Assembly: GCA_043228905.1 (NCBI GenBank)
Contig: JBHGNT010000015.1
Location: forward strand, 15,004,001-15,068,000
Length of the DNA: 64,000 bases
Source: Azolla caroliniana
Taxonomy: Eukaryota; Plantae; Polypodiophyta
Reading direction: 5' to 3'
In this document: positions 11,535 to 24,619 of the stretch, in pieces
How positions within the stretch are numbered: position 1 is the stretch's first letter
How the letters are laid out: every line of letters starts with the position of its first letter
The notes under the pieces: generated by a model
What the model saw: the letters and a program-made list of their open reading frames with translations, nothing else
The model's database searches: none
What the model was told of the DNA's origin: nothing
Made by a program: the position numbers and the translations under genes

Positions 11535-14500
11535 TCACTTCGGCATGGGATGTCTCTCCAATCCGATCCTCTTCCGGCATGCTTCCAGCTTGTCGGGTGT
11601 GAGCACTTTGGTCAGCATATCTGAGCCGTTCTCGTCCGTGTGGATCTTCGTCAGCACGAACTCCTGGTCTTCTATCCTTTCCCGGATCCAGTGATATCTT
11701 CGCTGGATGTGCTTCGTCCGGGAGTGATAGGCCGCGTTCTTCGCAAGGTGGATTGCACTCTGACTGTCGCAGTAGAGTCGGTACTCCTCCTGTCGGATAC
11801 CGAGCTCTCTAATGAAGTCCTTCATCCATATTATTTCCTTGCCGGCTTCAACAGCCGCCATGTACTCCGCCTCCGTGGTTGACAACGCAACCGTCTTCTG
11901 CAGTCTCGACTGCCATGAAACAGCTCCCCCTGCATACGTCATCACATACCCTGATGTGGACCGGCTGGTATCTGCATCAGCCGACATATCCGAATCGGTG
12001 AAGCCGTCGAGTTCGGGCTTGCCGGAGCCGAATCGGAGGCACACGTTTGCCGTGCCCTTCAGGTATCGGAGTATCCACTTGGCCGCGTTCCAATGCTCTT
12101 TGCCGGGATTGCTCATGTACCGGCTCACCACTCCGACTGCATATCCGATGTCCAGTCGGGTACACACCATTGCGTACATCAAGCTCCCGACGGCTGAGGC
12201 ATACGGCACTTTCATCATATCCTCCTTTTCAGCCTTTGTCTTGGGACTTTGCTTGCTGGACAGCTTGCAGTCTGCCGGGAGGGTCGATCCGACCGGTCTT
12301 GCTTCCGACATGTTGAACCGGTGAAGCACCTTCGTCACGTACTTCTCCTGTGACAGCCACAACTGCTTCTTCTTCCGGTCCCGGATGATGTGCATCCCTA
12401 GTATTTGCCTCGCCGGACCCAGGTCCTTCATTGAGAAGGTTCGGTGAAGAGCCTTCTTCAGCATCCGTATCTTGACCTGGTCCCGTCCGACGATCAACAT
12501 GTCGTCCACGTACAGGAGGAGTATAAGAAAGTCTCCTCCTTCGAACTTCTTCACAAACACGCAGTGGTCGGACTGCGTTTTGAGGTACCCTTCGTCGGTC
12601 ATGAAGGAGTCGAACTTCCGGTACCATTGCCGGGGAGCCTGCTTCAGTCCGTAAAGGCTCTTCTTCAACCGGCATACCAGGTGCTCCTTCCCTTTCTTCT
12701 CGAATCCTTCCGGTTGCTGCATGTAGATCTCTTCTTCGAGGTCACCGTGAAGGAATGCCGTCTTCACGTCCATCTGTTCTACCTCGAGGTCCATGCTTGC
12801 CGCTATGCTCAGCACCGTCCGGATGGAGGTCATCTTCACTACCGGGGCAAATATCTCGTCGAAGTCGACGCCCTTCTTCTGCTGAAACCCCTTCACCACG
12901 ATCCTGGCTTTGTATCTCGGGGGGTTTCCGGCATCTCCCGGTTTCAGCTTGAACACCCACTTGTTTCGAAGTGCCCGTTTTCCTTTCGGCAACTCCACAA
13001 GTTCATATGTGTGGTTCTCATGCAGGGAATCCATCTCGTCCTGCATGGCACTCAACCACCTGCGGCTCTGGGTGTCATGTTTTGCTTCTTCAAAGCTCTC
13101 CGGCTCCCCCTCGTCGGTTAGCAGCACGTGCTATGGTTCCGGAAATCTCCGGGGGGCCCTTCTCTCTCTTAGAGGATATCTCCGTTCCGGAGCTTCGATA
13201 ACCGGTTCTTCCGATTCTTCTTCATCCGAATCCATTTCGAGATCGGGGCCGGTTCCGGTATCATTTTCATCTTCTTCGGCCGGTTCTGTTTCTTCACCGT
13301 CTTCGGCCGGATCTTCGAGTGTTAACCGGTCCCTTGCCGGTCGGGACTGCTCCTCGTAGAGTTTATCCTCACCGGTCGACTTGGAGCTCTTCATCTTCTT
13401 CTCCGACTCCCAGTTGGCGAGTGTCTTGTTCTCCATGAAGATGATATCACGACTCCTGAATATCTTCTTGTCGACCGGGTCCCATACTCGGTAGCCGAAC
13501 TCGTCGTCGCCGTAACCGAGGAATATGCATGGCCGGGTCTTTGGATCTAACTTTCCTCTCCGGTCCTTTGCCACATGCACGTATGCGAGACACCCGAACA
13601 CCTTCAGATGCCGGTAGGATACTTCCCTACCGGTCCACACTCTCTGCGGCGTGTCTCCGTCCAAAGGTACTGAGGGTGATCTGTTTATCACGTATGTCGC
13701 CGTCGACATTGCCTCAGCCCAAAACCCCTTGGGTAATTTCGCATGTGCCAGCATACTCCGGACCCTCTCCATTATGGTCCGGTTCATCCTCTCGGCCAGC
13801 CCGTTTAGTTCCGGCGTCTTCGGCACAGTAAACTCGAGCCGGATTCCCTTCGAGCGACAGTACTCCTGGAACTGCCCCCGGTATTCCCCTCCGTTATCCG
13901 CTCGTATCGCTTTCAGCTTCTTGCCGGATTCCCTTTCCACTCTCGCGTGGAGTTCTTTGAAGACGCACAACACTTGGTCCTTTGTCTTCAACGGTGCCGT
14001 CCACAGCTTCCGGCTGTGATCATCAATGAATGTTACGAAGTACTGGGCTCCGCCATGTGACTTCGTTTCTACCTGACACACATCAGTGTGCACCAACTCC
14101 AATGGTGCGCTACGTCTCGTCGGTGGCCTTGAATGGAAGGAGGTTCGGTTCTGCTTACCGGCCAGGCAATCGGTGCACTTCTCCAGGTGCACATGCTTCA
14201 CTGGAATAAGGTTGTCTTCTGCAAGCCTCTTCATCCCCTTCTCACTCATGTGGCATAGTCTCTTGTGCCACAGCTCACCGGCAGTGTCGGCTGCCACATT
14301 CAGCTCTTCCGGACATAACCGGGCATTCATCAGGTACAGCGTGTTGACCTTCCGGGCCCAAGCCACTATCAAGCTCCCTTTGCTGAACTTCATGACACCG
14401 TTCCGGATGCTACCCGTGTAGCCTTCATCGTCTAGCCTCCCGGCCGAAATCAGGTTCAATCGAACCTCCGGAACATGTCGGACATCCTTCAGCAGCATCT

Positions 14501-15608
14501 TGCATCCGGTTGATGTCATCAGCCACACGTCTCCTATGCCGGCAATCCGGCATGTACCTTCATTTCCCATCTGGACACAGCCGTGCTCACCGGCTGTGTA
14601 GGATGAGAAGTATTTCTTCTCCGGGGTCAGGTGGAACGACGCTCCGGAATCGACCACCCAGGTCATCTCTTCACCGGCAAGGTTCAGCTCCGTCTCTTCG
14701 GTAATGAGCATTATCTCTTCTTCACTCGCCGCGAGTGCCGTCGTTCCTTTCCGGTCCTGCCCTCGCCGATCCGGACCTCTCCGGTCCGTGGCTCCCCGGT
14801 ATGCACCGTTTCTCTCCGGTGACTTCTTCGAATCGGTGTCGTCGGCCCCGTTGTCCTTTCGGTAATGCCGACAATTCTTCCGGAAGTGCCCCGGCTTCCC
14901 ACAGTGGAAGCATGTGGGTCTTCCTCTTGACTGCGACCGGGTCCCCGACTTCTCCCGTCTTTGCGGACTCCGGTTCCATTGTCTTCCCCGATCCGATTCG
15001 GTAAGCAGCATCTTCGGATCGGAAACCGGTTCTTTATCTCTCCGACGCGCTTCTTCGTTCAAAATGCTTGTCTTTACCGTTTGTAGAGACAAGTTATCTT
15101 CGGTGCAGGAGGTGCTGAGAGTCACCACCAAGTTCTCCCAGCTTTCCGGCAATGTACACATCAGAATGATGGCTTGCATTGCATCCTCCAACGGGAACTT
15201 GATCGCCGCAAGCTGGTTCACGAATCCCATGAACGTGCTCACGTGTTCCACCATATTCTCGCCGTCCCGGTACTTGAGGTTCACTATCTTCCTCATCAGG
15301 GAGGTCCGGTTCAACGCATTCTTCCTCTCGTAGAGGCCCGACAGCTTCTTCCACATCTCATATGCGTTGGTGTCATTCGCCACATGTTGTAGAATGGTTA
15401 CATAGACATATTGCCGGATCGTCGCTACAGCTTTCCGGTTCAGGAGCTTCCACTCCGACTCTATTACCCCCTTGGGTATCTCGGCATTGTCGATCGGTTC
15501 ATACAGGTCTCGGACGATGAGAAGGTCTTCCATCTTTATCTTCCAGTCAGCGTAGTTCTGTGAGTTCAACACCATCATGCCCGGAGGCCCACTACCGCCG
15601 CCTTCCAT
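11535..15608 (-). CDS. Copia-B gag-pol polyprotein, a single frame interrupted by one TAG at 13131-13133
   Basis: ATG at 15608 (MEGGG); CFHCGKPGHFRKNC, WVVDSGASFH, LVHTDVC..ADNGGEY..AERMNRT, LLYVDDML and RTKHIQRRYHWIRE. Confidence 0.93.
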
Positions 15609-18366
15609 TTTCTGTGTTACCGTGCTCTGATACCACTTTGTTGCACACAGCGCTCGGCCACAACCGAGGAATAGGATCACCTCACAGAAAACAGGAAATA
15701 TAAAATGCACGAAAACAATAGAGAGAAGAGTACACAGGGTGTTTTACGTGGAAAAACCCTAAATGGGAAAAACCACGGGAGTCCTCAAACTCCAACTATC
15801 ACTATACACAGAGATGTACAATGGTGAAGCTACAAGGCAACAACCTTGAGCTCACTGTCTTCGCCACAGGTGGCGGTAATGCACAGAGGCGTCGACCTCT
15901 TCCTCTCTCTCTCTCTCTCTCGGCTGCTCTCACTTCGCTCTCACGGCTGAAAACATAAAATGAGCAACAACATTTAAACTGTTTGCCCTAAGTCATATTT
16001 ATACACATATGACTTTCAGGCTATTTACAAATATAGCCTCAAGGGCTCTTGGCAAAACATATTCACAAATATGTCCCCGCATCCGGATCTCTCTTCGGGT
16101 ACATTCGTCATCCGGCTCCGTAGCCAGGGTCTTCATCATCCGGCTCCGTAGCCGGGGTATTCATCATCCGGCTCCGTAGCCAGGGTCTTCATCATCCGGC
16201 TCCGTAACCGGGGTCTTCATCATCCGGCTCCGTAGCCAGGGTCTTCATCATCCGGCTCCGTAGCCGGGGTATTCATCATCCGGCTCCGTAACCGCAACCG
16301 GGCTTGCCGTCATTCATCTCCGGAAATCCCATCCGGAGGGACCGAAATCCCAACAAATACTTCTGTCAGTCCGTATGGACTTGTATAAAAGTGCCCACGG
16401 AGCACATCCTATGTATAGATTGAGTATTATTTTGAATCTAGTTTTGTTGTGTGCTCTCTCTCTCTCTCTCTGTCCTAGGTATTTTCTGCGTTCGATTTCC
16501 TATTGCTTCCGCACGCTATTCTTCATAGTACAATAGGCCGGTTCGGTGGGAAGGATGCCACGAGCTATCTGGAGGCCTGCCGAGCTGAAATGGTAATGAA
16601 GGACATTCTGGAGGACAGGCGGTTGGCTGGATTCCCTTGGGTGGCAATGTTGGGCATCCACGCGGAGCTGCTCGATGTGCGGGTTGAGTGCCGGAACTGG
16701 GAAGAATTCGAAGGTCAGCTCCTTGAGAAGTACATGCTTGATGACGCACTTCGGCTATCAAAGAGGGACTTCATGGAGTGGCTCGAGACAGGCTCGACAT
16801 CGACCAGCGTGGTCAAAGGCCCATCCGGAGGAGCGGCACTGGAAGAGCTGACGCAGATGGTACGAGACCTCCAGATTGCACAAGCAAGGAGGGATGACAG
16901 TGAGCAGCCTCGCGACCGAAGGCCTCCGGCTGGGCATCGGTGCTTGTGGTGTGATGCGGTCGGTCACATCCAGAAGGACTGCGGGGACTTCGTGGGAGCG
17001 CTCAGGGCTAACGTGGTGTACCTGTGGAACGGGCCGGTGCATGTTAGCAAGACCTGGAGAGCCCTAAAGTTGAACATCATACGCGGAGGAATGAAGCGGC
17101 GGCGCGCCATGCGGAGACCATCCATTACTCAGCGTTGGCAGTAATCCGGGTCGGGAGTGACAAAGGCCGGAGGACGAAGGACTCTGGGTTCTGACCAATG
17201 GTGCTAGAAGGCCTCACGGGCGTGCGGTTGAGGAAGGACGAAGCGGACCACGCGGAAGGGCGGGTCCGGGAGGTCACCGGGTGGGACGACCCGGTCGAGG
17301 AAAAGACCGGCTTCGTGGAAGCCATGTGCCAGGAACTACGAGGTTCTGGTAGAGGACAAGCGTGCGGGAAAAGCAGGAGGGGCCCGACCGGGTTTGGGCT
17401 GAAGCAGAATGACGTCGGTACTTCCGACACATCGGATAAAACAAAGAAAGCCGGTTACTGGTTGAGCACGGAGATAAAAAGAACGACAGACCTACGGAAG
17501 GTCCTTGAGGAACGAATCCTCGACAACAAGGTGGAGATGTCGCTGAGGGAAATGCTTGCGATCGCCAAGAAAGAATTTCATGACTCCATTGTGGACTTGG
17601 TGAAGCAAAAAAGGCTTTCGATGGAGTCGGAGCTGGAGAAGTCGGTGGAGGTGCGAACGACGCACCTAGAAGATATGGCCCTAGAAGACGAGTTGGTGGA
17701 AAGACACTATTTGAAGTTGCACTGGGCAAGAGCCACTACGGAGACCCCGGTTTGGATCGGAGACGACCAAGAGCCGATGCTGGCATTGGTTGACCACAGT
17801 TCGGAGATTAACCTGATGTCTATGGACTTCTACAAGAAGGGCAAGTGGCCGATCAACAACAAGCATGGGTGGAAAATACGAGCGGCGATGCGCGCCACGA
17901 AGGAGCTACACGGGGCCTGCCCACATGTACGGGTAAAAATCGGTGATGTCGAGATTGACCAACACTTCTTCATACATGAGACATTCTCGCATCCGGTGAT
18001 ACTCGGAGAACCATACATTATGGCAACACGCATGGAGACGAAGGTGCTGGATAACAGTTTGACGTGCGCGCGCGTGAAGAGCCAAGATGGGCGACACTCT
18101 GTCCAATTTCTGACAGTGTGACCAAACCATGAGCGCAACCGCGAAACCCTCGGCGGCGAAGAACGAGGGGATTTTTAGAGAGGGCTATCAAGGCGTGGGG
18201 CCGCGATAGTCCTGACACCCTGGAAAAACCCCACAAGTGTACCATAAGAAGGAAACCCTGTACTATAGATAGGAAATTTTGGTTCTCCAACAACGGAGGG
18301 TACACGATAACCGGCATTAGCGCTCAGGAGAAGAAACGTGCGGAGGGACGTCTTAGGGCATGCGGA

Positions 18367-18965
18367 TGTTACCCGTAGGAGTTGTACGGGGCGGCATAAG
18401 GGTAAAACACGTTGAAGGGGTTGTTTGGTATGTGTAATATGTATATGAGTGTGTGTGAGCACATGCACAAATATGTGCATGTGACAAGAGTGTAACGGTC
18501 GTCTCTTTTGTAACGGTTATTATTTACCGTTACATTTTGTATTATATAAACCCCTTATGGGGCATGTAATGAAGATAGCTTTTTCCCCTCATTTTTGGTG
18601 TCATCTTGTATTCTCACTCTCCTTAGCTCTCTCTATTGTAATCCCCTTGGGAGGAGGGTTGAAGCCATTCTAGGCTTCACCCCCCACCCCAACAACACTT
18701 GTGGCATGCCCAGTGGGACAACCCTCCCTTGAGAAGAAGTCACGTCTCCATTCCTCACTCTCGCTTTCCGTCACTAGTTTCTCACTCTCCCTCCTTGTGT
18801 GCTTGTAAGTATGTCTATTGTGTGTTGAGAGTTGTGTGTGCGTGTGTGATGAGAGACACAGAGCTCAAGTTTTTGCTCCATTGATTTGAAGCAAGGAAGG
18901 ATGCTTATAAAAGTATGTGTCTGGTTCTTGAAAAAAAGAAGCTTTAAATAATATACATCATTCTT

Positions 18966-19012
<47 letters not shown>

Positions 19013-21492
19013 GATTTCTGCAGAATTTCTTGATGAGAACGACTCCTCCCCAACATTCTCCTATCCTCTGCAACAAGATTGATTACTTTGTGGCTTGGCT
19101 ATATTTTGGTAGAGAAAAAACTCTACAAAAATGGAGGTTCAGCACGAAAGCAAGCCAAGAAGCATGAGAAGCACTAGAAAGACTAGAAGCACTCATTTTT
19201 CATCATCAACCCCGCCAGTTCAAAGAGGAAGAAGATGCATCAAAATTATTTGATCCCTCTGATCCTTACTGCTCGGCAAATCGGATGGTCTTAAAGGATT
19301 CCTAACTAATCTTGATGCTCTTGCAATGGACTTGCTTTGAAGAAATCGGAGGCTCCATTAAAAGACTTGCTTTTCTTCCTCTTCGGAAAGCCTCTCGGTG
19401 GAGGCATATGCCTTCTCATCCATCTCATGGAATCAACAAGTCTGGCTACAAAAGCAGAGCAACAGACTTCGCATTCTCCCATCGGTAATGATAAAGATTG
19501 AGTTTCTTCTTGAGGGGCATCAAGGGGAATTTCGATCTCTCTCGATGGGATGCTTCTCCTCTCTCCAATGTGTAAGATCTCCGATTCGATGAAGCCATCA
19601 TGGCCACTCATCCAACTGTTGAACCTCATCACTCTGTTTGGTCAAACATGACCTGTCGAGGCAACCAAAGACGACGGAGACAGCCGGACACGGCCAACCG
19701 GCGAATATCGGTTGCCGAACAAATAAAGGCCGACAATTGGCTTGACAACTAGCTGGACAGATGTCCGACAACCGGCCCAGTAGACGTCCAACAGTTGGCC
19801 GGCGGACAGGCGGTCCGACTGTTGACCGGACAGACTATTGGTAGACGATGATCGCCAGACACGGAGACGACAGAGCCAGCCAGCCGACCAGAGTGGATGA
19901 CCGGCAGATGGTGACGGCCAGTGGACCAAAATGGCCAGGTTGAGGGATGGTGATGGCCACGGACATAGACGTCCGACAGCCAGCCGCCGTACAGGGACAG
20001 CCGCATAGAGCCGGTTGGACAGACGCATTGACAAGTAGCCAAGCAGCTGGCGGATGACACCGACAGAAACAATCGGATGGCCGGCGGACAGAGTGACGAC
20101 CGACGAACAGACAAGCGAACAGACAAAGATAGCGGCGAGAGAAAGAAGAGAAGCAGAGAAATCAAAATAGGACAAGAAAATAAAATAAAATAAAAAGAAG
20201 ACAGAGACAAACAAGTGAAGGTGCACACATAGTTATGGCGAGGTGGACACATCACTATGGAAAGCAATCCCTCTTCTCACAGATAATATGGAAGCCAAGA
20301 GAGCAAAAGAGATGGTCGGGGACACGAGAGACTCGGCCTAGCACAAAGGAGCGGAGATGGCCGATGTTGCTAGAGATGCCTGATCAAGAGCATGCCAGAG
20401 ACGCGTGGCCGAAACGCGCGGACCAGAATATGGCCGAGATGCACGGCCGAGAAGTACAACCAAGACGCGTGGCCGAGAGCACCGCCGAGATGCGTGGCCG
20501 AGAGGACGATCGAGACGCACAGCCGAGAATACGGCCGAGACACGTGGTCGAGAGTACGGCCGAGAAGCGCGGTCGAGACACATGATCGAAAAGACGGCTG
20601 AGACATGTAGTCGAGAGTGCGGCACCGAAGCACGACCGAGAAGCATGATTGAGACTCGCACTTGAGAGTACGGCTGAGTGACAACCGCGAAGACAGCCAA
20701 GCAAAAGACGAAGAGATAAGAAGAAAGAGAAGAGGGGTATGAAGAGAAAATTTCAAAATTTGGAGGGTAGAATACAAAATTTTGAATATTAAAGGGCAAA
20801 AAATAAAATTTCAAAAAACTTGAGGGTAAAAATTTTAGAGACCAAGGGTACAAAATACAAAGCTCAATTCACATGATGAAACCGAAAAATACACATACAT
20901 GTGACAGAATCATGAAAGGCCCATGCCGCAATGGAGGAGCCAATTAGTGTGTGATCCAATTGAGCGACATGCTGACGGAACGAGAAGGTTCGAGTCAAGC
21001 AATGCTCCGATCGAAGTTATCGATCGCAGAGCTATGATCCGGTCAATGGATTTCCGACCGTCGAGACGACCGATGGAGTTCCGGTCGTTTATAGTTGCCA
21101 TGGCCAGTGGGTTCACCATGCAATGCACTGTCCCACAAGCGTGCCATGTGTTACCCGTAGGAGTTGTACGGGGTGGCATAAGGGTAAAACACGTTGAAGG
21201 GGTTGTTCGGTATGTGTAATATGTATATGAGTGTGTGAGGATGAGTATGTGTGAGCACATGCACAATTATATGCATGTGACAAGAGTGTAACGGTCGTCT
21301 CTTTTGTGATGGTTATTATTTACCGTTACATTTTGTTTTATATAAACCCCTTATGGGGCATGTAATGAAGATAGCTTTTTCCCCTCATTTTTGGTGTCAT
21401 CTTGTATTCTCACTTTCCTTAGCTCTCTCTATTGTAATCCCCTTGGGAGGGGGTTGAAGCCATTCTAGGCTTCACCCCCCACCCCAACAACA
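18367..21492 (+). mobile_element. Non-autonomous 3.1-kb LTR element (LTRs 18367-18697 and 21149-21492) with tRNA-Arg PBS, possibly Tat-like
   Basis: TG..CA direct LTRs containing TATATAAACC; TSD GCGGA/ACGGA; PBS TGGCATGCCCAGTGGGAC at 18702-18719; no gag or pol motifs; internal (TC)n and CGGCCGAGA-type short repeats at about 19660-20700. Confidence 0.9.
18702..18719 (+). promoter_or_regulatory. Primer-binding site complementary to the 3' end of tRNA-Arg(TCT)
   Basis: TGGCATGCCCAGTGGGAC, 4 nt after the LTR; complementary to ..GTCCCACTGGGCGTGCCA apart from one CpG-type change. tRNA identity is from recalled plant tRNA-Arg sequences. Confidence 0.75.
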
Positions 21493-23849
21493 ACGGACTC
21501 CTAGGCCCCGACGATGAGATTGGTGGAGCCGTGGAGGCGGTCTCTTTCGACAACACCTTGGGGGAATTAAAGAAGGTGTTCGAAGAAGGCCTCAACGAAG
21601 ATCAGATGATTCTGGTTAGTTCGGAAATGATGTACGGAGTCATCGCTGACTTCGGGGAGAGGGTTGAGTTGGATCAGGAGGCCCATGTGCATACGAAGTA
21701 CAAGATTGTGGAGCGGAAGGTGAGGCCAGTCGCGGCACCCTTGCCGGAGGGCAACGAGTTACGGATGAAAGCAATCGCGTCGGACCCAAGTCTACGGGAT
21801 CCGGCCGGCATAGGACACCAGTTCACCAACATAATGCTACGGGAGCTCAAGGTTGGTGGGGGTGGCTTTCTACTGCCGGCGGAGGAGGAACAGTTTCGGA
21901 GAATGCTTGGGAGGCATAGAAAGGCCTTCGCATTATTGCCGGAAGAGATCGGGTGCGTAGAACTGACAATCATTGAGCCGATGGTTATCTTCACGGTACC
22001 GCATGTGCCGTGGAATCTCAAACCGATTCCAGTACCCAGAGCTCACATCCTGAATCTGATGGAGCTACTGAAGCAGAAGTTGGGGATGGGCATCCTCGAA
22101 CCATTGAGTGCCCCATACTTGAATCGGTGGTTTACCGTGCCACAGAAGAACGACACGTTGCGCTTTATTCAGGACCTGCAACCGGTCAACAAGGAGACCA
22201 TTCGGAATGCAGGAATCGGACCGACCATTTACGAGTTCGCGGAGGCCTTCGCCGAAAGGTCGATTTACTCGGTCGAGGACCTGTACTCGGGGTACAACCA
22301 ATTCCACCTAGCCGTGGAGAGCAGGGATATTACGACAATGCGGACTCCTCTCGGCCTAGTGCGGATGTGTACCCTTCCGCAAGGGGGGACAAACTTGGTA
22401 GCGCACATGGTGAATGTGATGAATAAGGTGCTAAGGGAATGCATCCCGGACATCACCATGCCATTTTTTGGTTGACATTCCGATCAAGGGATGTCCGGTG
22501 GAGGATAAGGACGAAACAGTCGGACCAGACGGGTGTTGGAAATTCGTCTCAGACCACATTGGAGACTGCGAGAAGGTGCTACAGAAGCTGGAAGGCCCGC
22601 GGCTCACCTTCTCCGAGGAGAAATCGGCTTTCGGACAGTCGGAAATCATGGTCGTCGAACACCTGTGCGGGCCTTATGGCCGGAAACCGTCTCTGGCTAA
22701 GGTGGAAGCTATCTCCACAATGAAGGAAGACTGTAGGACAGTTACAGAAGTCCGGAGGTTCTTGGGAGCTTGCACGTTCTACCACATTTGGATCCCGCAT
22801 TACACCCATATCGCGGAGCCGCTCTACAGGTTGTTGAAGAAAGGGCGCAAGTTCGAGTGGAGCGGGGAGCATGCAAAGTCGGTCTGGAAAATGAAAGAAG
22901 CACTTGCCGCGGCACCAGCACTCCAGAAAGAGATTTATGTAACCGTAGACATGAGTCTGACCGGAATCGGATGGGTGATCAACTAGGACGATGAGAACGG
23001 CACGAGGTTCCCCATCCAGTTCGGTGTGAAAGTACTTAGCGAGCAACAACGAGGATACGCCAAGGTTAAATGCGAACTCTAGGGTATTGTTTCGGCGGTC
23101 AAGGCCGATAAAGACTACCTGATCATGACAGAGGTAATAATAGAGACGAACTGGCTACCGATTCTCGGTATGGTCTCCGGATGCGTGACGTCAAACCTGG
23201 CAATGCTCAGGTGGATAGCGTACATTAAGTCCCTGAATCCGGAGATTTAGCGCCATGGCCGACATGCTTTCGAGAGCGAGGTTTGATGACGAGGGCGGCA
23301 TGGTGTCAAAGGACAAGGAAGTCGGAGCAGACTTCTTCGAGACGGCTTAAGTGACGACGAGAAAGAGGGGCACTCCGGCGCTTAACGAGTTCGACGAGAG
23401 TAAGTACGATGGGGAGTGGTTCCAGATCGGTGGGTTCCGAAAAATGATGCTGTCGGACACGATGTGGACAAAGGAAGAGGCTAACCGGATCTGGAAGAAA
23501 GCGTACTGATTCTTCCTACGAGACGAAAGCATATGGAAGCACACGAAGAAGCGAGACGGCGTCCCAGTCCGGGTAGTGGCGAGGAAGGAGAAGCAAGGAG
23601 CATTGCTGACAGCGTACCACGAGAGTCCTTGGGCCGGACATCGGGGGACATGGGCCACGTTGGAGAAGTTGAAGGAGAAGTACTGGTGGCCGAGACTATA
23701 CCGGGACGTGCATCGGTTCGTAACAACTTCCATAGTCCGACATCGGGACGAGCTACACCTGACTTACCCGCCGACCAGCCACTTCAAGTGGATGGTGGAT
23801 CTGGTGACGATGCCGATGGGGGTAGGGCAGATGCGATACCTAGTGCTAG

Positions 23850-24619
23850 CACAATGTCATGTGGTTTTTCACACACGATATGAAAACTATGTAAAAATAT
23901 AATGAAATAATTAGTTTAGATTAGATTAGTGGCTTGATATGGAAAGATGGATGTACTCAAGAGCTTCAAAACGCATTTTGCCACATATAAAATGGACAAC
24001 TACATATCAAGTTATGTGGACATTAAGTTTGAGAAGATAAGGAAAAATAGAATTTTGAAATATCCCACATAGATAGGAAACTTTAGGAGCCAGTTATATA
24101 AGCAGATTGAGAACCATCATTTTTCATCTATGTGTTAAGAGCACAAAAGAAATAATTGGGCTTGGGCCACTTTTGTCTAGAAGGACAGATGTGGCTAAGT
24201 TGCTCGAACCAGCCGGTGAAGGGACTCAAACTAGCGACAGGATGGATCCGGCAACCGGACAGAACCGGCGACCAAACAAATCCGACAACCTACGACTGGA
24301 CAGAGCGACAACTGGAAATCGAACAGAGCCGGCAACCGAATGGAACCGGCGATCAAACTGGAATCAGACAGTGGTAACCGGAAACCGGACAGAGCCGGCA
24401 ACCGGAAATCGGACGGAGTCGGCAACCGGATGGAACCGGCGATCGAATTGGAACCTTTGCCTTATTCATTGTTCGATCTTTGTTGTGAGTTCTCTGTGTA
24501 TTTGTGTGCGCAGCTCGGCCGTGGTTTCGTGTCCCTCCTCCCTCCGTCCAGTTTTTCCCTGGTTCAGGGCCCCCACGGTCCTGCCTTGGTTTCTCCCGTG
24601 CGTGCAAAATAACACGACA
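23850..24619 (+). mobile_element. 5'-truncated LTR of the gag-only (tRNA-Trp) family
   Basis: TGTGGTTTTTCACACAC and ATATCCCACATAGATAGGA are shared with the LTR at 41147-42178; ends ..CACGACA; contains GAACCGGC short repeats. Confidence 0.7.

Larger units (their letters stand above)
10806..16355 (-). mobile_element. Copia-B: very young Tnt1/Tork-like Copia inserted in the Copia-A 3' LTR (LTRs 10806-11524 and 15639-16355)
   Basis: TSD AATAC on both sides; PBS TGGTATCAGAGC (tRNA-iMet) at 15624-15635; PPT AGGGGGAGTT at 11525-11534; by eye the LTRs differ only by one TC unit. Confidence 0.97.
5312..16527 (+). mobile_element. Copia-A: full-length degenerate Ty1/Copia element (5' LTR 5312-5783; 3' LTR 10559-10805 plus 16361-16527)
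   Basis: TSD GTACA at 5307-5311 and 16528-16532; PPT GAGGGGGAA at 10550-10558; direct LTRs starting TGTTGAGATACAAGCTCAACA. Confidence 0.93.
5211..23850 (+). mobile_element. Degenerate Phygy-like Ty3/Gypsy host element, split into 5211-5311, 16533-18366 and 21498-23850
   Basis: Gag reading joins across the Copia-A TSD (..IEAIVGT|IGRFGGKDATSYLE). Also has a CLWCDAVGHIQKDC knuckle, protease VDHSSEINLM, RT RFIQDLQPVN..DLYSGYNQF..LPQG..DIPIKG, RNase H and integrase H..GHRGTWAT, with stops and frameshifts. Confidence 0.85.

Noticed and set aside
11640-15392. Many antisense or alternative-frame ORFs over Copia-B
   Set aside because: They are shadow ORFs of a GC-rich gag-pol.
15609-15710. N-terminal extension of the 859-aa ORF (MHFIFPVF..)
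   Set aside because: It runs through the LTR and PBS; the likely start is the ATG at 15608.
19642-20853. Several overlapping 100-190 aa ORFs inside the non-autonomous element
   Set aside because: They arise from GC-rich short tandem repeats that are open in many frames and show no recognisable domain.
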